From contig NC_081393.1 of NCBI RefSeq assembly GCF_030684315.1, positions 16,425,479 through 16,489,478 on the forward strand: a stretch of 64,000 nt of DNA. The letters are read 5' to 3'. The translations under genes were made by a program, and so were the position numbers. The DNA comes from Stegostoma tigrinum. Lineage: Eukaryota. The notes beneath the pieces are model-generated. The model did not search any database and had not been told where the DNA came from. It saw nothing but the letters and a program-made list of their open reading frames with translations. Of the stretch, positions 39,867 to 52,240 are shown piece by piece (the stretch's first letter is position 1; each line of letters starts with the position of its first letter).

Positions 39867-39987
39867 CCTTTGGTGGCTGGAAGAGTTTGGACTCACGGAA
39901 TAAGTGTCTCTTCTGGAATGGGAGAATTACTGTTTCCTGCAGTTCAGTGATAACTTCGTCCAGCCCAGCAACATCCCGCCAGGTCAC
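39867..39987 (-). CDS. ATAD1: ATAD1-like, coding exon 3
   Basis: 121 nt, caatag|..G|gtgagg; VTWRDVAGLDEVITELQETVILPFQKRHLFRESKLFQPPK. Confidence 0.95.
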
Positions 39988-41191
39988 CTATTGGAATGTG
40001 TCAAGAAACAAAGACAACAGTATTGACTGGGCTGGACCCAAATGTGACAGCAATCTAAATGGCATTGTAATGAACGAGCAGTTAACCCATCTTACGAGGA
40101 GGCATTAATCAAAACACCATAAATTCCCAGGATATTTTCTGGTCATGCTTTGGGATTTTTAGGCCCCATCTTTCCGCTAATAGAGAGCTCTGTGGGGTGG
40201 GGTGATGGCATTTTGTAGGCTGGGCTACCCAAAGAAATGCATTTCTTGAATACCTTCAGAAATTAACTGGAGGGTTCATTTAACAATAGCTCCTATCTCT
40301 TGACTGATTTGCTTATGAAGCCACTGACCTTGAGCCGAAATTGATGGGTTCAGCTAAAGGACAGAGATTGATTCTGGTGGTGGTGGTGGAGTTCAATTTG
40401 CCCCCACCACGGTAAGTGAGGGAGTAGAGAGATTGAGAGCAATGTTTTGCTGGCTGGCTTATTGCACTTGGAGGAAACACTCATTCCTTTTTCTCTTGGC
40501 CAACAAGATTTGTTACCAAGGCAACTAATCCATAAATTCTGCCCCTCTTCCTTTCATTACATTGTTGCCCTGATATACTACTTCCAATTACTTCAAAGTC
40601 CCTCAGCCTGCTTCCATTCAAACTGAATGGGCATGTTTGATTCTTGTTGAAATCAAAATGTCTGAAACATTTGACAATCTAAAGCTATACGCTTATTGAG
40701 AGTTATGATTCAATGTCTGTTTAAACTACCTAATCAAGCAGATTTTTTAAACATCCGCCCTTAGGTACAGGACTTCTGCCTGTATCCTCTCTCTGTTGTC
40801 TCAGTTTAAATGTTGGGCTCAAACCGAAAATATTTCGATGGAGAGATGGAAGTAATACAGGTTGAATCAAAAAACTCCAATCAAGTACATCTTAATGTCT
40901 CTACCAAAGAACTCTATAGCCAAACACATAGCAAATACTTCATTCTGTGCAATAGCAGATGAACAATAGGGAGTCTTGTATTGAATAAGAGATAACAAAG
41001 TACGGAGCTGGAAGAACACAGCAGGCCAGGCAGCATCAGATGAACAGGAAAGCCGAGGCTATGGGTTGGGACACTTCTATTGAACAGCTCATAGTGCCAT
41101 ACACACCAGCACAGACCAACTTAGATGAGTAGGTGGCCAATGATACGTCACTGACTTAATAAATCAAGAGACACCAAGAGAAAACACTCAC

Positions 41192-41293
41192 CCCCTTTAG
41201 TGTTCTGGGATCCACCAAATGAGTTGCTATCATCAATTCATGCTCTGAGAGCTTGATTCCTTCCACACCAATCTGTTTCATCAGCTGTGCTGC
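41192..41293 (-). CDS. ATAD1: ATAD1-like, coding exon 2
   Basis: 102 nt, ctctag|..|gtgagt; AAQLMKQIGVEGIKLSEHELMIATHLVDPRTLKG. Confidence 0.93.
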
Positions 41294-41429
41294 CTAGAGG
41301 ACAGTTCAACATCATACGTTGGCTGCAGTCAAGCACGACACCAGTGAAGAGTGGACATTATAAACTGTGCTACAGGTGTCTAAACTGATTAAAGTAATGA
41401 GGGACAGGGAGAGGTTGAAATGGCAACAA

Positions 41430-41632
41430 AAAACAACCCAAAGAACTGCAGACACTGGAATCAGAAGCAAGACTAAAAATGACTGGGAAACACACAGTTG
41501 ATCTGGCAGTATCTGTGGACAGAAAGTAGAGTTAACATTTTGGGTAAAGTTCTGAAGGATGGTCACTGGACCCAAGACATTAACTCTGTTTTCTCTCCAT
41601 AGATGCTGCCAGACATACTGTATTTTTCCAGC
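41430..41632. mobile_element. short palindromic Penelope-derived element
   Basis: ctggcagtatctgtgga..agagttaa / ttaactct..tccatagatgctgccag inverted arms. Confidence 0.65.
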
Positions 41633-41850
41633 CATTCCAGTCGAACAGGAAGCCCCACACTTTTTCTTCACTAGACCAACAGGTGCAAACAACAGTCAGT
41701 CCAAGTTAACAATTCAGAAGTCGCAGCTAAGAAGAAAAATTAGAGAGCGAGCATTCTTCTGAAGGGCTCTGTGCTCGTACAAGATGGCAGTTGAAACGAT
41801 TAACCATATTTCTGATGAGAGGACATGATGGGCCGATCTCAAACAATTTT

Positions 41851-44800
41851 ACATAGAACATTACAGCACAGTACAGGCCCTCCATGTTGTGCCGACCTGT
41901 CATACTGATCTCAAGCCCATCTAACCTACACTATTCCGTGTACGTCCATATACTTGTCCAATGACGACTTAAATGTACCTAAAGTTGGCGAATCTACTAC
42001 CGTTGCAGGCAAAGCGTTCCATTCCCTTACTACTCTCTGAGTAAAGAAACTACCTCTGACATCTGTCTTATATCTTTCACCCCTCAACTTAAAGCTATGC
42101 CACCTCGTGCTCGCCGTCACCATCCTAGGAAAAAGGCTCTCCCTACCCACCCTATCTAACCCTCTGATTATTTTATATGTTTCAAATAAGTCACCTCTCA
42201 ACCTTCTTCTCTCTAACGAAAACTGCCTCAAGTCCCTCAGCCTTTCCTCGTAAGACCTTCCCTCCATACCAGGCAACATCCTAGTAAATCTCCTCTGCAC
42301 CCTTTCCAAAGCTTCCACGTCCTTCTTATAATGCGGTGACCAGAACTGTACACAATACTCCAAGTATGGCCGCACCAGAGTTTTGTACAGCTTCACCATA
42401 ACCTCTTGGTTCTGGAACTCGATCCCTCTATTAATAAAAGCTAAAACACTGTATGCCTTCTTAACAGCCCTGTCAACCTGGGTGGCAACTTTCAAGGATC
42501 TGTGTACATGGACACCGAGATCTCTCTGCTCATCTACACTACTAAGAATCTTACCAATTAGCCCAGTACTTTGCCTTCCGGTTACTCCTACCAAAGTGCA
42601 TCACCTCACACTTGTCCGCATTAAACTCCATTTGCCACCTCTCAGCCTAGCTCTGCAGCTTATCTATGTCTCTCTGCAACCTACAGCATCCTTCGTCACT
42701 ATCTACAACTCCACCAACCTTAGTGTCGTCTGCAAATTTACTAACCCATCCTTCTATGCCCTCATCCAGGTCATTTACAAAAATGACAAACAGCAGTGGA
42801 CCCAACACCGACCCTTGCGGTACACCACCAGTAACTGGTCTCCAGGATAAACATTTCCCATCAACTACCACCATCTGTCTTCTTTCAGCAAGCCAATTTC
42901 CGATCCAAATTGCTATATCTCCCACAATTTTATTCCTCCGCATTTTGTACAATAGCCTACTGTGGGGAACCTTATCGAACGCCTTGCTGAAATCCATATA
43001 CACCACATCAACCGGTTTACTCTCATCTACCTGTTTGGTCACCTTCTCAAAGAACTCAATAAGGTTTGTGAGGCACGAACTTCCCTTCACAAAACCGTGC
43101 TGACTATCCCCAATCAATTTATTCTTTTCTGAATGATTATAAATCCTATCCCTTATAACCTTTTCCAACACTTTACCAAAAACTGAGGTAAGGCTCACTG
43201 GTCTATAATTACCAGGGTTGTCTCTACTCCCCTTCTTGAACAGGGGAACCACATTTGCTATCCTCCAGTTATCTGGCACTATTCCTGTAGAGAATGACGA
43301 GTTAAAGATCAATGCCAAAGGCTTGGCAATCTCCTCCCTGGCTTCCCAAAGGATCCGAGGATAAATCCCATCCTGCCCAGGGGACTTATCTGTCTTCACC
43401 CTCTGTAGGATTTCTAACACCTCTTCCGTGTGAACCTCAATCCCACCTAGTCTAGTAGCCTGTATCTCAGTATTCTCCTCGACAACATTGTCATTTTCTA
43501 GAGTGAATACTGTTGAAAAATATTCATTTAGCGCTTCCCCATCTCATCTGACTCCACACACAACTTACCACTACTATCCTTGATTGGGCCTAATCTTACT
43601 TTCGTCATTCTTTTATTCCTTAAATACCAATAGAAAGCCTTAGGGTTTACCCTGATCCTATCCGCCAACAACTTCTCATGTCTCCTCCTGGCTCTTCTGA
43701 GCTCTCTCTTCAGGTCTTTCCTGGCTAGCTCGTAGCCCTCAAGTGCCCTAACTGAGCCTTTACATCTCATCCTAACATAAGCCTTCTTCTTCCTCTTGAC
43801 CAGAGATTCCACCTCCTTCGTAAACCATGGCTCCCGCACTCTACGGCTTCCTCCCTGCCTGACAGGTACATATTTATCTACGACACACAGGAGCTTTTCC
43901 TTGAATAAGCACGACATTTCTAATGTGCCCATCCCCTGCAGTTTCCTTCCCCATTCTATGCTCCCTAAATCTTGCCTAATCTCATTGTAATTGCCTTTCC
44001 CCCAGCTATAACTCTTGCCCAGTGGTATACACCTATCCCTTTCCATCACTAAAGTAAACATAACAGAATTGTGATCGCTATCACCAAAGTGCTCACCTAC
44101 TTCCAAATCTAATACCTGGCCGGGCTCATTACCCAGTACCAAATCTAATGTGGCTTCGCCCCTTGTTGGCCTATCTACATACTGTGTCAGGAGGCCCTCC
44201 TGCACACTCTGGAGAAAAACTGACCCATCTATAGTACTCGAACTATAGTGTTCCCAGTCAATATCTGGAAAGTTGAAGTCCCCCATGACAACTACCTTGT
44301 TTCTCTCACTCCTTTCGAGAATCATCTTTGCTATCCTTTCCTCTACATCTCTGAGGCTATTCGGAGGCCTATAGAAAACTCCCAACAGGGTGACCTCTCC
44401 TTTCCTGTTTCTAACCTCAGCCCATACTACCTCAGTTGACGAGTCCCTAAACATCCTTTCTGCAACTGTAATACTGTCCTTGACCGACAATGCCACACCT
44501 CCGCCCCTTTTACCATCTTCTCTGTTCTTACTGAAACATCTAAATCCCGGAACCTGCAACAACCATTCCTGTCCCTGCTCTATCCATGTCTCTGAAATGG
44601 CCACAACATCGAAGTCCCAGGTACTAACCCATGCTGCAAGTTCACCCACCTTATTCCGGACGCTCCTGGCATTGAAGTCGACACACTTCAAACCAACCTC
44701 TTGCTTGCCGGTGCCATCTTGCTTCCCTGAAACTTTATTTCGGACCACCCCACTCTCAACCTTTTCTACAGTCGAACTACAATTTTGGTGCCCATCCGCC

Positions 44801-45737
44801 TATTGAATTAGTTTAAACCCACCCAAACAGCCTTAGCAAATTTTCCCCCCTGGATATCGGTACCCCTCTGGTTCAGGTGAAGACCATCTTGCTTGTAGAG
44901 GTCCCACCTACCCCAGAAAGAGCCCCAGTTATCCAAGAATCCAAAATCCTCCCTCCTGCACCATCCCTGTAGCCACGTGTTCAACTCCTCTCTCTCCCTA
45001 TTCCTCGCCTCACTAGCACGTGGCACAGGCAGCAAACCAGGGACAACAACTCTGTTCGTCCTAGCTCTAAGCTTCCATCCTAGCTCCCTGAATTTCTGCC
45101 TTAAATCCCCATCTCTCTTCCTACCTATGTCGTTGGTGCCAATGTGGACCATGACTTGGGGCTGCTCCCCCTCCCCATTAAGGATCCCAAAAACACGATC
45201 AGAGACAACACGCACCCTGGCACCTGGGAGGCAACACATCAACCATGAGTCTCTCTCGTCCCCACAGAACCTCCTATCTGTCCCCCTAACTATGGAGTCC
45301 CCAATGACTAATGCTCTGCTCCTCTTCCCCCTTCCCTTCTGAGCAGCAGGGACAGACTCTGTGCCAGAGACCTGCGCCCCACTGCTTTCCCCGGTAAGTC
45401 CCCCCTCCCAACAGTATCCAAAACGGTATACTTATTGTTGAGGGGAATGGCCACAGGGAATCCCTGCACTGCCTGCCGGTTCCCTTTCCGTCCCCTGACC
45501 GTAACCCATCTGCCTTTTTCCTGTACTTGAGGAGTGACTACCTCCCTGTAACTCCTCTCAATAACGCCCTCTGCCTCCCGAGTGATCCGAAGTTCATCCA
45601 GCTCCAGCTCCAGTTCCCTAACGCGGTTTTCAAGGAGCTGGAGTTGGGTGCACTTCCCGCAGATGTAGTCAGCAGGGACACTAGTGGTGACCCTTACCTC
45701 CCACATTCTGCAGGAGGAACATTCAACTGCCCTGACC
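41851..45737 (-). mobile_element. near-full-length CR1 LINE: ORF1 (zinc finger, coiled coil, SGNH esterase-like) plus ORF2 (APE endonuclease, RT); disrupted
   Basis: 45308-45706 (YICGKC, coiled coil), 44808-45242 (HIGTNDIG..DGLHLN), 43528-44748 (NARS, ISETW, MGDFN, LDLVL, SDHN), 42647-43420 (RT, FADD), 41926-42594 (C-terminus); frameshifts/stops between pieces; begins at about the start of ORF1 with no 5' UTR visible. Confidence 0.96.
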
Positions 45738-45846
45738 TTCGTTGAGAGGGGCTTTTGTGATCTCCTAGCCTCACAATCCCAAACACGTTTATGTCAGTAA
45801 GGAGCAGTACCAGCACTTCACAGTGACTCATATTTGACAACCATAC

Positions 45847-46026
45847 CCTTTTCTTGTTCTCCACCTTCTGTCTCCGTGTTGGATCTATGGTATCCACCAT
45901 CCATTTGATACCAAAGTACGCGGCAGCACCAAATACCGTGAGACGGAAGAGCATCCCCAGCACCTCTTTCCGGCTCAGTGGCCGCACCACTGCCTCCTTG
46001 GAAATTTCATTCAGCAGCATGTTCAT
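45847..46026 (-). CDS. ATAD1: ATAD1-like, coding exon 1 (N-terminal membrane anchor)
   Basis: Acceptor ttctcacttcag|G at 46037, ATG at 46026, donor AGG|gtatgg; MNMLLNEISKEAVVRPLSRKEVLGMLFRLTVFGAAAYFGIKWMVDTIDPTRRQKVENKKR; the nine exons sum to 1146 nt with consistent phases. Confidence 0.93.
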
Positions 46027-46689
46027 TTTGTGTTAACCTGAAGTGAGAAAAAAGAAATCAAACCGTAGGTGTCAAAACCTGCCAGTGACTTCCAAACAAT
46101 CAATAAAAAAACGTGACAGCAACTGGCTTTTAGTCTATCTGGTAGTCCCCGAGACCAAAAAGCTGGCTGGAGACAAGGTGGTCACTGCGGGATTTCCAGC
46201 CTCTAACCTGTCCTCATGGCCACAGTATTGAAACGGTTATTCCAGTTCAGTTTCTGGTCCGTAAGAAATTGGAACTGGAGTCGGCTGTTTGCCTCTGCAA
46301 GTCTGCTCCGCCGTTTAATAGCAGCATACTGAGCTAACATTCCTCATGTCCACTTTTCTGCCTTTTCCCTGCTAGCCAGTAATCTAAGTCAGTCTTCAAT
46401 ACATACTCTGCCTCCACAGTGCATTGGCCAGGAGCTCCAAAGACACTTAAACTTCCGAGGTAAGAAATTCCCCCTCATGTTAGTGCTAAATTGACTCTGC
46501 TTTATTCTGAGACAATGTTCTCTGGTCCTAGACTCTCCAATGAGGGGAAATATATTCTCATCATTGGCCCTGTAAAGGCCCTTATGAATTACAGAATCAA
46601 AATTGCTGGGCTGTGGAGAGAAAGCAAACTTAATGCATCCGCTCTCGTGACCCTTCTTTGTAAACTGGTAGTAGCTAGGAAAAGGTGGC

Positions 46690-47630
46690 AATTAAGGTTT
46701 TGGAGTAGATCTGTAGCTTGGGTTGTGGGTGCTCAGGTTGGTTGGCTCGCTAAGATGGTTTGTCATTCTGCAGATGTTTCGGTACCGTGCTTGGTAACAT
46801 CCTCAGTGCAGCCTCTGATGAAGCGTCAGTGTGTTTTCCCGCCTGGTTTTTAAACTCTGGGGTCCATTCCAATGGATTGCCTCACTTCTGGGTTTCCTCC
46901 GTAGTGGAATGTATATGGGGTCGAGTTCAATGTGTTTATTAATAACATGCTTCGTGGAGTGCCGTGCTTGCAGGAATTCTTGTGCTTGTCTCTGCCTAGC
47001 CTGTCCCAGGATCTTGGTGTTGTCCCAGTTGAAGTCATAGGTCTCTTTGTCCACGTGGATTGAGATGAGTGCGTGTGGCCGTGTCTTTTGGTGCCAGTTG
47101 GTGTTCACGTATTCTTATTGTTAGTTTCCTTCTTGTTTGTCCGACGTTTCTCACATTCTCTGCAGGGCATCTTGTAGATGACGTTGGTCCTGTCCATTGG
47201 GGAGTGGGTCTTTAGTTCGGGTGAGCACTTGTCATAGGGTTGATGTGGGCTTGTGTGCCACTCTGATGCCCAGCGGTCATAGGAGTCTTGTGGTGAGTTC
47301 AGAGGCATCCCTGATGTAGGGTAGTGAGATGAGTGTGTTGGGGCGTGTAGAATCTTTCTGATACTGTTCCTGTAGGCATCTCCTGACCCAGTTCTTTGGA
47401 TATCCATTATCCTTGAACACTTGGAAGAGGTATTCTTCTTCCTCTTGGCGTAGTTCCATGCTGCTGCAGTGTGTTGTTGCCCTTTTAAATAGTGTTCGCA
47501 CACAGCTTCATTTGAGAGTGCTGGGATGGTTCGTGTTGGAGTTCAATGCCTGGTCTGTGTGTGTGGGTCTTTGGTGTACTTTCGTTTGCAGTTCCCCATT
47601 TGTCTTGCGCTCTACCATGACACCCAGGAA
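46690..47630 (-). mobile_element. Penelope-like element 3' part (RT C-terminus, GIY-YIG, terminal repeat)
   Basis: ORFs RTLFKRATTHCS..LFQVFKDNGYP..ISLPYI, TNVIYKMPCREC, DFNWDNTKILG..QEFLQA..INKHIELDPIY. Confidence 0.9.
46768..46811 (-). ncRNA. candidate minimal type I hammerhead ribozyme in the Penelope terminus
   Basis: Minus strand CTGCA-CTGAGGA-T-GTTACC-AAGCAC-GGTACC-GAAAC-ATC-TGCAG: core CUGANGA/GAAA/NUH, 5-bp helix I, helix II with one mismatch. Confidence 0.6.
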
Positions 47631-48029
47631 CCAGAAACAAACAACTCCCATTCAGTAAAAAACTTAGAGGGTGGTGTTTAGGCTTTTGAGCTCAACATTC
47701 AGTCCTGAAGGCTGCACAGTCCCCAAGCAGAAGTCTGAGATCTGCGGTTCTTCATGCAATTTCCCTGAAAAATCCCACATCGTTCAAAGAGGTCACCCAT
47801 CGTTCTTGTAAATTCCAATGTGTGGACTGCCAACCCGTTCAACCACTACTCATGGTCAATGGTATTTCTCCTGATGATGTTAGGCAATAGACAACAGGTG
47901 CAGGAGTAGGCCATTCGGCCCCTCGAGACAGCACCACCACTTGACAGTGGGGTGGGAGTTGGGGGTTTACTGATGGGTCCATGAGGTCGTGGAAAGAGTT
48001 CTGACTCTGTCTGCGAGGGGGAGAAAGCA

Positions 48030-48480
48030 ACTACCTTGCGGCCCGTTGCTTTTGTGAACACCCCAAGGCACAGCCAGGGCAATGGGACCCTCTGCCTTCA
48101 CTGGAGCCGGCAGCCGGCATTCGCGCATGCGTAGAATGCACCTTCCTCACCCCACGGCTTCCCTCAAGCCCCCCCCCTAGCGGTTTAACCTGTAACCGCG
48201 AGCACAGCGCTGCCCAAAGGGACAAGACGGCAGCAGAGACCAAAAAAAAGCACAACTAAACAAAATACAGACTTCCCCACCCTCCTTCCCTTTAAAGGGC
48301 GAAACCACCACCTGCCTCCGGCCCCTCGGAGAATGCTTGGGCCATTCGGTCCGGCGGCCGCCCCGCTCCCGTCACCAGCGCGCCGCCATCTTCTGGGCAA
48401 CCGCGAGCATCGTCCGGCCGCCACATTGGATTCGAAATAATGGTTCCCCCCCCCACCGCAACACAAAAGGTACTCCAAGC
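48030..48480 (-). promoter_or_regulatory. CpG-island promoter / non-coding first exon of the ATAD1-like gene
   Basis: Dense CpG; YY1-type AAGATGGCGGC (48382-48392, minus); NRF1-type GCGCATGCG (48123-48131); CCAAT (48425-48429, minus); candidate donors at 48151|gtgagg and 48035|gtagtt. Confidence 0.75.
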
Positions 48481-49084
48481 ACTTTCACCATGTGCACCAC
48501 TCGCTCCTCCTCCCCCTCCATCAGCAACGTTAATGTCATAACTTTCACACATTTTCCGCCCACCCACGCAACTCAGCTCTGAAAAAGTGGCATATCTGAC
48601 TTTAACGTCAACTCTCTCTCTCCCCCCCCCCCCCCACAGATGCTGCTAGACCTGCTGAACATTTTTGGTTTTAACACGTTGTTTTCTCATTGTAATAAAA
48701 GACAACATGACATGTAAGAATTATATCTTGTGTCCTTTCTGACGTTTATAACACCTTCATCCAAATTCCATTTTATGTTTCCGAATCGTACAGTCTTAAT
48801 GATCATATAGGGTTGGCGAAATGCTTTTGAGAGCGGCCCGTGAAGGACAATCTGGGTCTAGGCCTGAAACGTCAGCCTTCCTGCTCCTCTGATGCTGCCT
48901 GGCCTGCTGTGTTCATCCAGTTCTACACCTTGTTAGCTCAGATTCTCCAGCATCTGCAGTTCCTACCATCCCTGTAAGAACCTGCAGTTAGATAGTGACT
49001 AACAATATACAGCATTTGTGACAAATTTCAATGTGATATTGTGCATTTCTAAGGTATTCAGACATGATTCCTAGTTCACAGGAA

Positions 49085-50490
49085 CATAAGAACTAGGAGC
49101 AGGAATAGGCCATCTGGACCCTCGAGCCTGTTGCGCCATTTAATAAGATCATGGCTGATCTTTTTGACACTCTGCTCCACTTAACCCACCCACTCACCGT
49201 AACCCTTAATTCTTTTACTGTTCAAAAATTTATCTAGCCTTGCCTTAAAATCATTCAGTGAGGTAGCTTCAACCGCTTCACTGGGCAGGGAATTCCACAG
49301 ATTCACAACCCTTAGGGTGAAGAAATTCTGCCTGACCTCAGTCCTTCATCTGCTTCCCTTTATTTTGAGGCAATGCCCTCTAGTCCTAGTTTCACCTGCT
49401 AGTGGAAACAACCTCCCTGCCTCCACCTTATCTCTTTCCTTCATAATCTAATATGTTTCTGTAAGATCTCCCCTCATTCTTCTGAATTCCAATGCGTATA
49501 ATCCCAGTCTACTCAGTCTCTCCTCATAATCCAACCCTCTCAACTCTGAATCAACCGAGTGAATCTCCTCTGCACCCCCTCCAGTGCTAGTATATCTCTG
49601 CTCAATTAAGGAGACCAAAACTGCACACAGTACTCCAGGTGTGGCTTCACCAGGACCCTATACAGTTGCAGCACAGCCTCCCTGTTTTTAAACTCAATCC
49701 CTCTAGCAATACCAGACAAAATTCCATTTGCCTTTTTAATTACCTGCTGCACCTGCAATCCTACTTCTGGCGAATCGTGCACAAGGACACCCAAGTCCCT
49801 CTGCACAGCAGTGTGCTGCAATTTTTTACCATTTAAAACATAGTCCATTTTGCTGCTATTCCTACCAAAATGGATGACCTCACTCTTGTCGACATTGCAC
49901 TCCATCTGCCAGACCTTTGCCCACTCACTTAGACTATCTATCTCCCTCTGCAGACTTTCAGTGTCTTCTGCACACTTTGTTCTACATTCACCTTAGTGAC
50001 ATCTGCAAATTTTGATACACCATACTTAGTCCCCAACTTCAAATCATCTGTGTAAATTATAAACAATTGCGGTCCCAACACTGATCCCTGTGTCACACCA
50101 GTAGCCACTGACCACCAACTAGAAAAACACCCATTTAGCCTATTCTTTGCTTTCTACTGGTCAACCAATCCTCTATCCATGCCAACACATTGCCTGTAAT
50201 ACCATGCAACTTTATCTTATGTAGCAACCTTTTGTGTGGCACCTTGTCAAATGCCTTCTAGGAAATCCAGATACACCACATCCACAGGTTCCCCATTGTC
50301 CACCAAGCAAGTAATGTCCTCAAAGAATTCCACCAAATTAATTAAACATGGCCTACTCTTCATGAACCCATGCTGGGTGCTCCCAATGGGACAGTTCATA
50401 GCCAAATGTCTTGCTATTTCTTCCTTAATGACAGATTCTAGCATTTTCTCCACTACCAAAGTTAAGCTAACTGACCTATAGTTCCCACTG
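49085..50490 (-). mobile_element. CR1 LINE fragment, different subfamily
   Basis: ORFs 50247-50591 (NYRSVSLT..QHGFMK..VDVVYLDF) and 49606-49905 (QRDLGVLV..KPHLEYCVQFWSP); ttcttatgttc tail. Confidence 0.92.
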
Positions 50491-51014
50491 CCTTCAAGGT
50501 GGAAGCAGAGATGATCAGTGATTTCAAAGGAAATTGAGATTCTGGAAGGAAGAATAAATCTGCAGGGTGGTGGTGATGATAGAGAAAGCATATGGATCTC
50601 ATTAGGGTGGAATGGACTTGATGGGCTGAACAGCCTCCTGTGTCATAATAACTCAAGGTTCCCCAAGAAATTACATGTTGGAAAGTACAAAAATTATATT
50701 TCAATATTTTCTATTCAGTAACTAAATGTCAACTGAGAATCATGACTCCTAAGTATTTGAATGAAAGCATTGTGTCGCACACCACAACTTGTGCTCTTAG
50801 TGAAACAAACACTGGCAAGAAACGCCAAGTCATAAAATTTTTTAAAAATCAAGAACAAACCACAGCTTTGAGATTTTTTAAGATAGGTTTAAATTACACT
50901 TACTCTTAATATGAAACTATTTGAAAGAATGCTGGAAATCTGATCTTAAAACAGAAAATGTAGAAATACTAGTCAGGTAGCATCTGTGGAAAGTGATAAT
51001 AGGAGGAAAGACTG

Positions 51015-51170
51015 GCATTTCTATAGTGTCTTTCAGTGATTCACGCCATCCCAAAGTACTTTAGTTATAATTTTTGAGGTATAGTCATTGTAGTAATGTA
51101 GAAAACATGGCAACCACTTTGCACACAAAGATCCCACAAACAGTAATGAGATAAATGATCAGATAAACTT
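51015..51170 (-). mobile_element. Deu-domain SINE 3' part
   Basis: Reverse-complement similarity to 1495-1615. Confidence 0.55.
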
Positions 51171-51180
51171 CTTTTTATAA

Positions 51181-51392
51181 TCAGGAACAAAAACAGAAGT
51201 TGTTGGAAAAGCTCAGCAGCTCTGGCAACATCCAGACAAAAAAAAATCAGAGTTAACATTCTGGGTCCAGGGTAAGGGTCACCGGACCCAAAAATTTAAC
51301 TCCGATTTTTATTCTTCACAGATACCAGCAGACCTGCTGAGCTTTTCCAGCAACTTCTGTTTTTGCTCCTGATTTACAGCTTTCACATTTCT
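51181..51392. mobile_element. short palindromic Penelope-derived element
   Basis: tcagga.caaaaacagaagttg.tggaaaagctcagcag / ctgctgagcttttccagcaacttctgtttttgctcctga are near-perfect inverted arms. Confidence 0.8.
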
Positions 51393-51429
51393 TTCGGCTC
51401 TTCTTTTTATGATGTTGATTATCATCCAC

Positions 51430-52240
51430 GCCAACATTTCATACTGAGGAACAGAATCAGACTCTCACATCTGTACAGATGTTAGTTAACCAACAGATAC
51501 AGGAAGACAAGTTTCATAGCCTAGGATGATGCTGTGCCGTCATCGATCAAGGTTGACAATGTGACACTGGAGATTGTTAATAGTCTCACATACCTAGGCT
51601 CCAATGTCACCAGCAATGTGTCACTTAATGCTGAAACCTTCATCACAGTAGCAGCTGTCATGTCCAGACCGAGTAAGAGACAGAATGGAGAAGCAACCTG
51701 ACTGAGAACAACAAACGCTGAATTTTTAAGCATGCGCGCACAAAACACACTTCTGGGGGAAGAAAACACTCAACAGTTTCCACTTTCACTGTTTCAGACA
51801 TGTCCCAAGTATCTCTTGGTAAAGCTGATGCCATCAACACAAAGGTTCTGGACTGTGTTAATACAATTATCTTACACTCATTGCTAAGCCAGTGCTGGCT
51901 TGGCGACATTCATTGAATGGGTGATAACTTCATGTCCAAAAGGTCTCCTGTACAGTGGAACTCACTGGGTCATGACCTCCTGGGTATCCACAACAAGGGA
52001 ACTTGAGTGATGTGAATATGGCAGACATTTTACTGCTAACTGGATGACAGTTGCTGATTGCTGTGACCTCAGAGGCTGACCATTTGAAAGGGCAATGTAA
52101 GCAATAACAAAAAACAAAAATCTCAGTGGGCCAGATGTGGGCCCATGAGACACAGAGCTCAGCAAATCATGCACATTCTCAGCCCATTTAGCAAATGCAG
52201 CACAGACTGCTATCCCTGAGTGGGAGATGAGCTGCGCCAA
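51430..52240 (+). mobile_element. degraded RTE-clade LINE fragment
   Basis: 51551-51604 translates KVDNVTLEIVNSLTYLGS, resembling the RTE 'V..F.YLGS' motif; WLG-like remnant near 51896. Confidence 0.55.

Noticed and set aside
45308-46026. ATAD1 N-terminus / CR1 ORF1 fusion protein suggested by ORF 45694-46026 running into the LINE
   Set aside because: Read-through is out of frame with ORF1 (offset 320 nt), and the cryptic acceptor at 45707 is also out of frame
48031-48582. ORFs in the ATAD1-like CpG island
   Set aside because: Explained by stop-codon depletion in GC-rich promoter DNA
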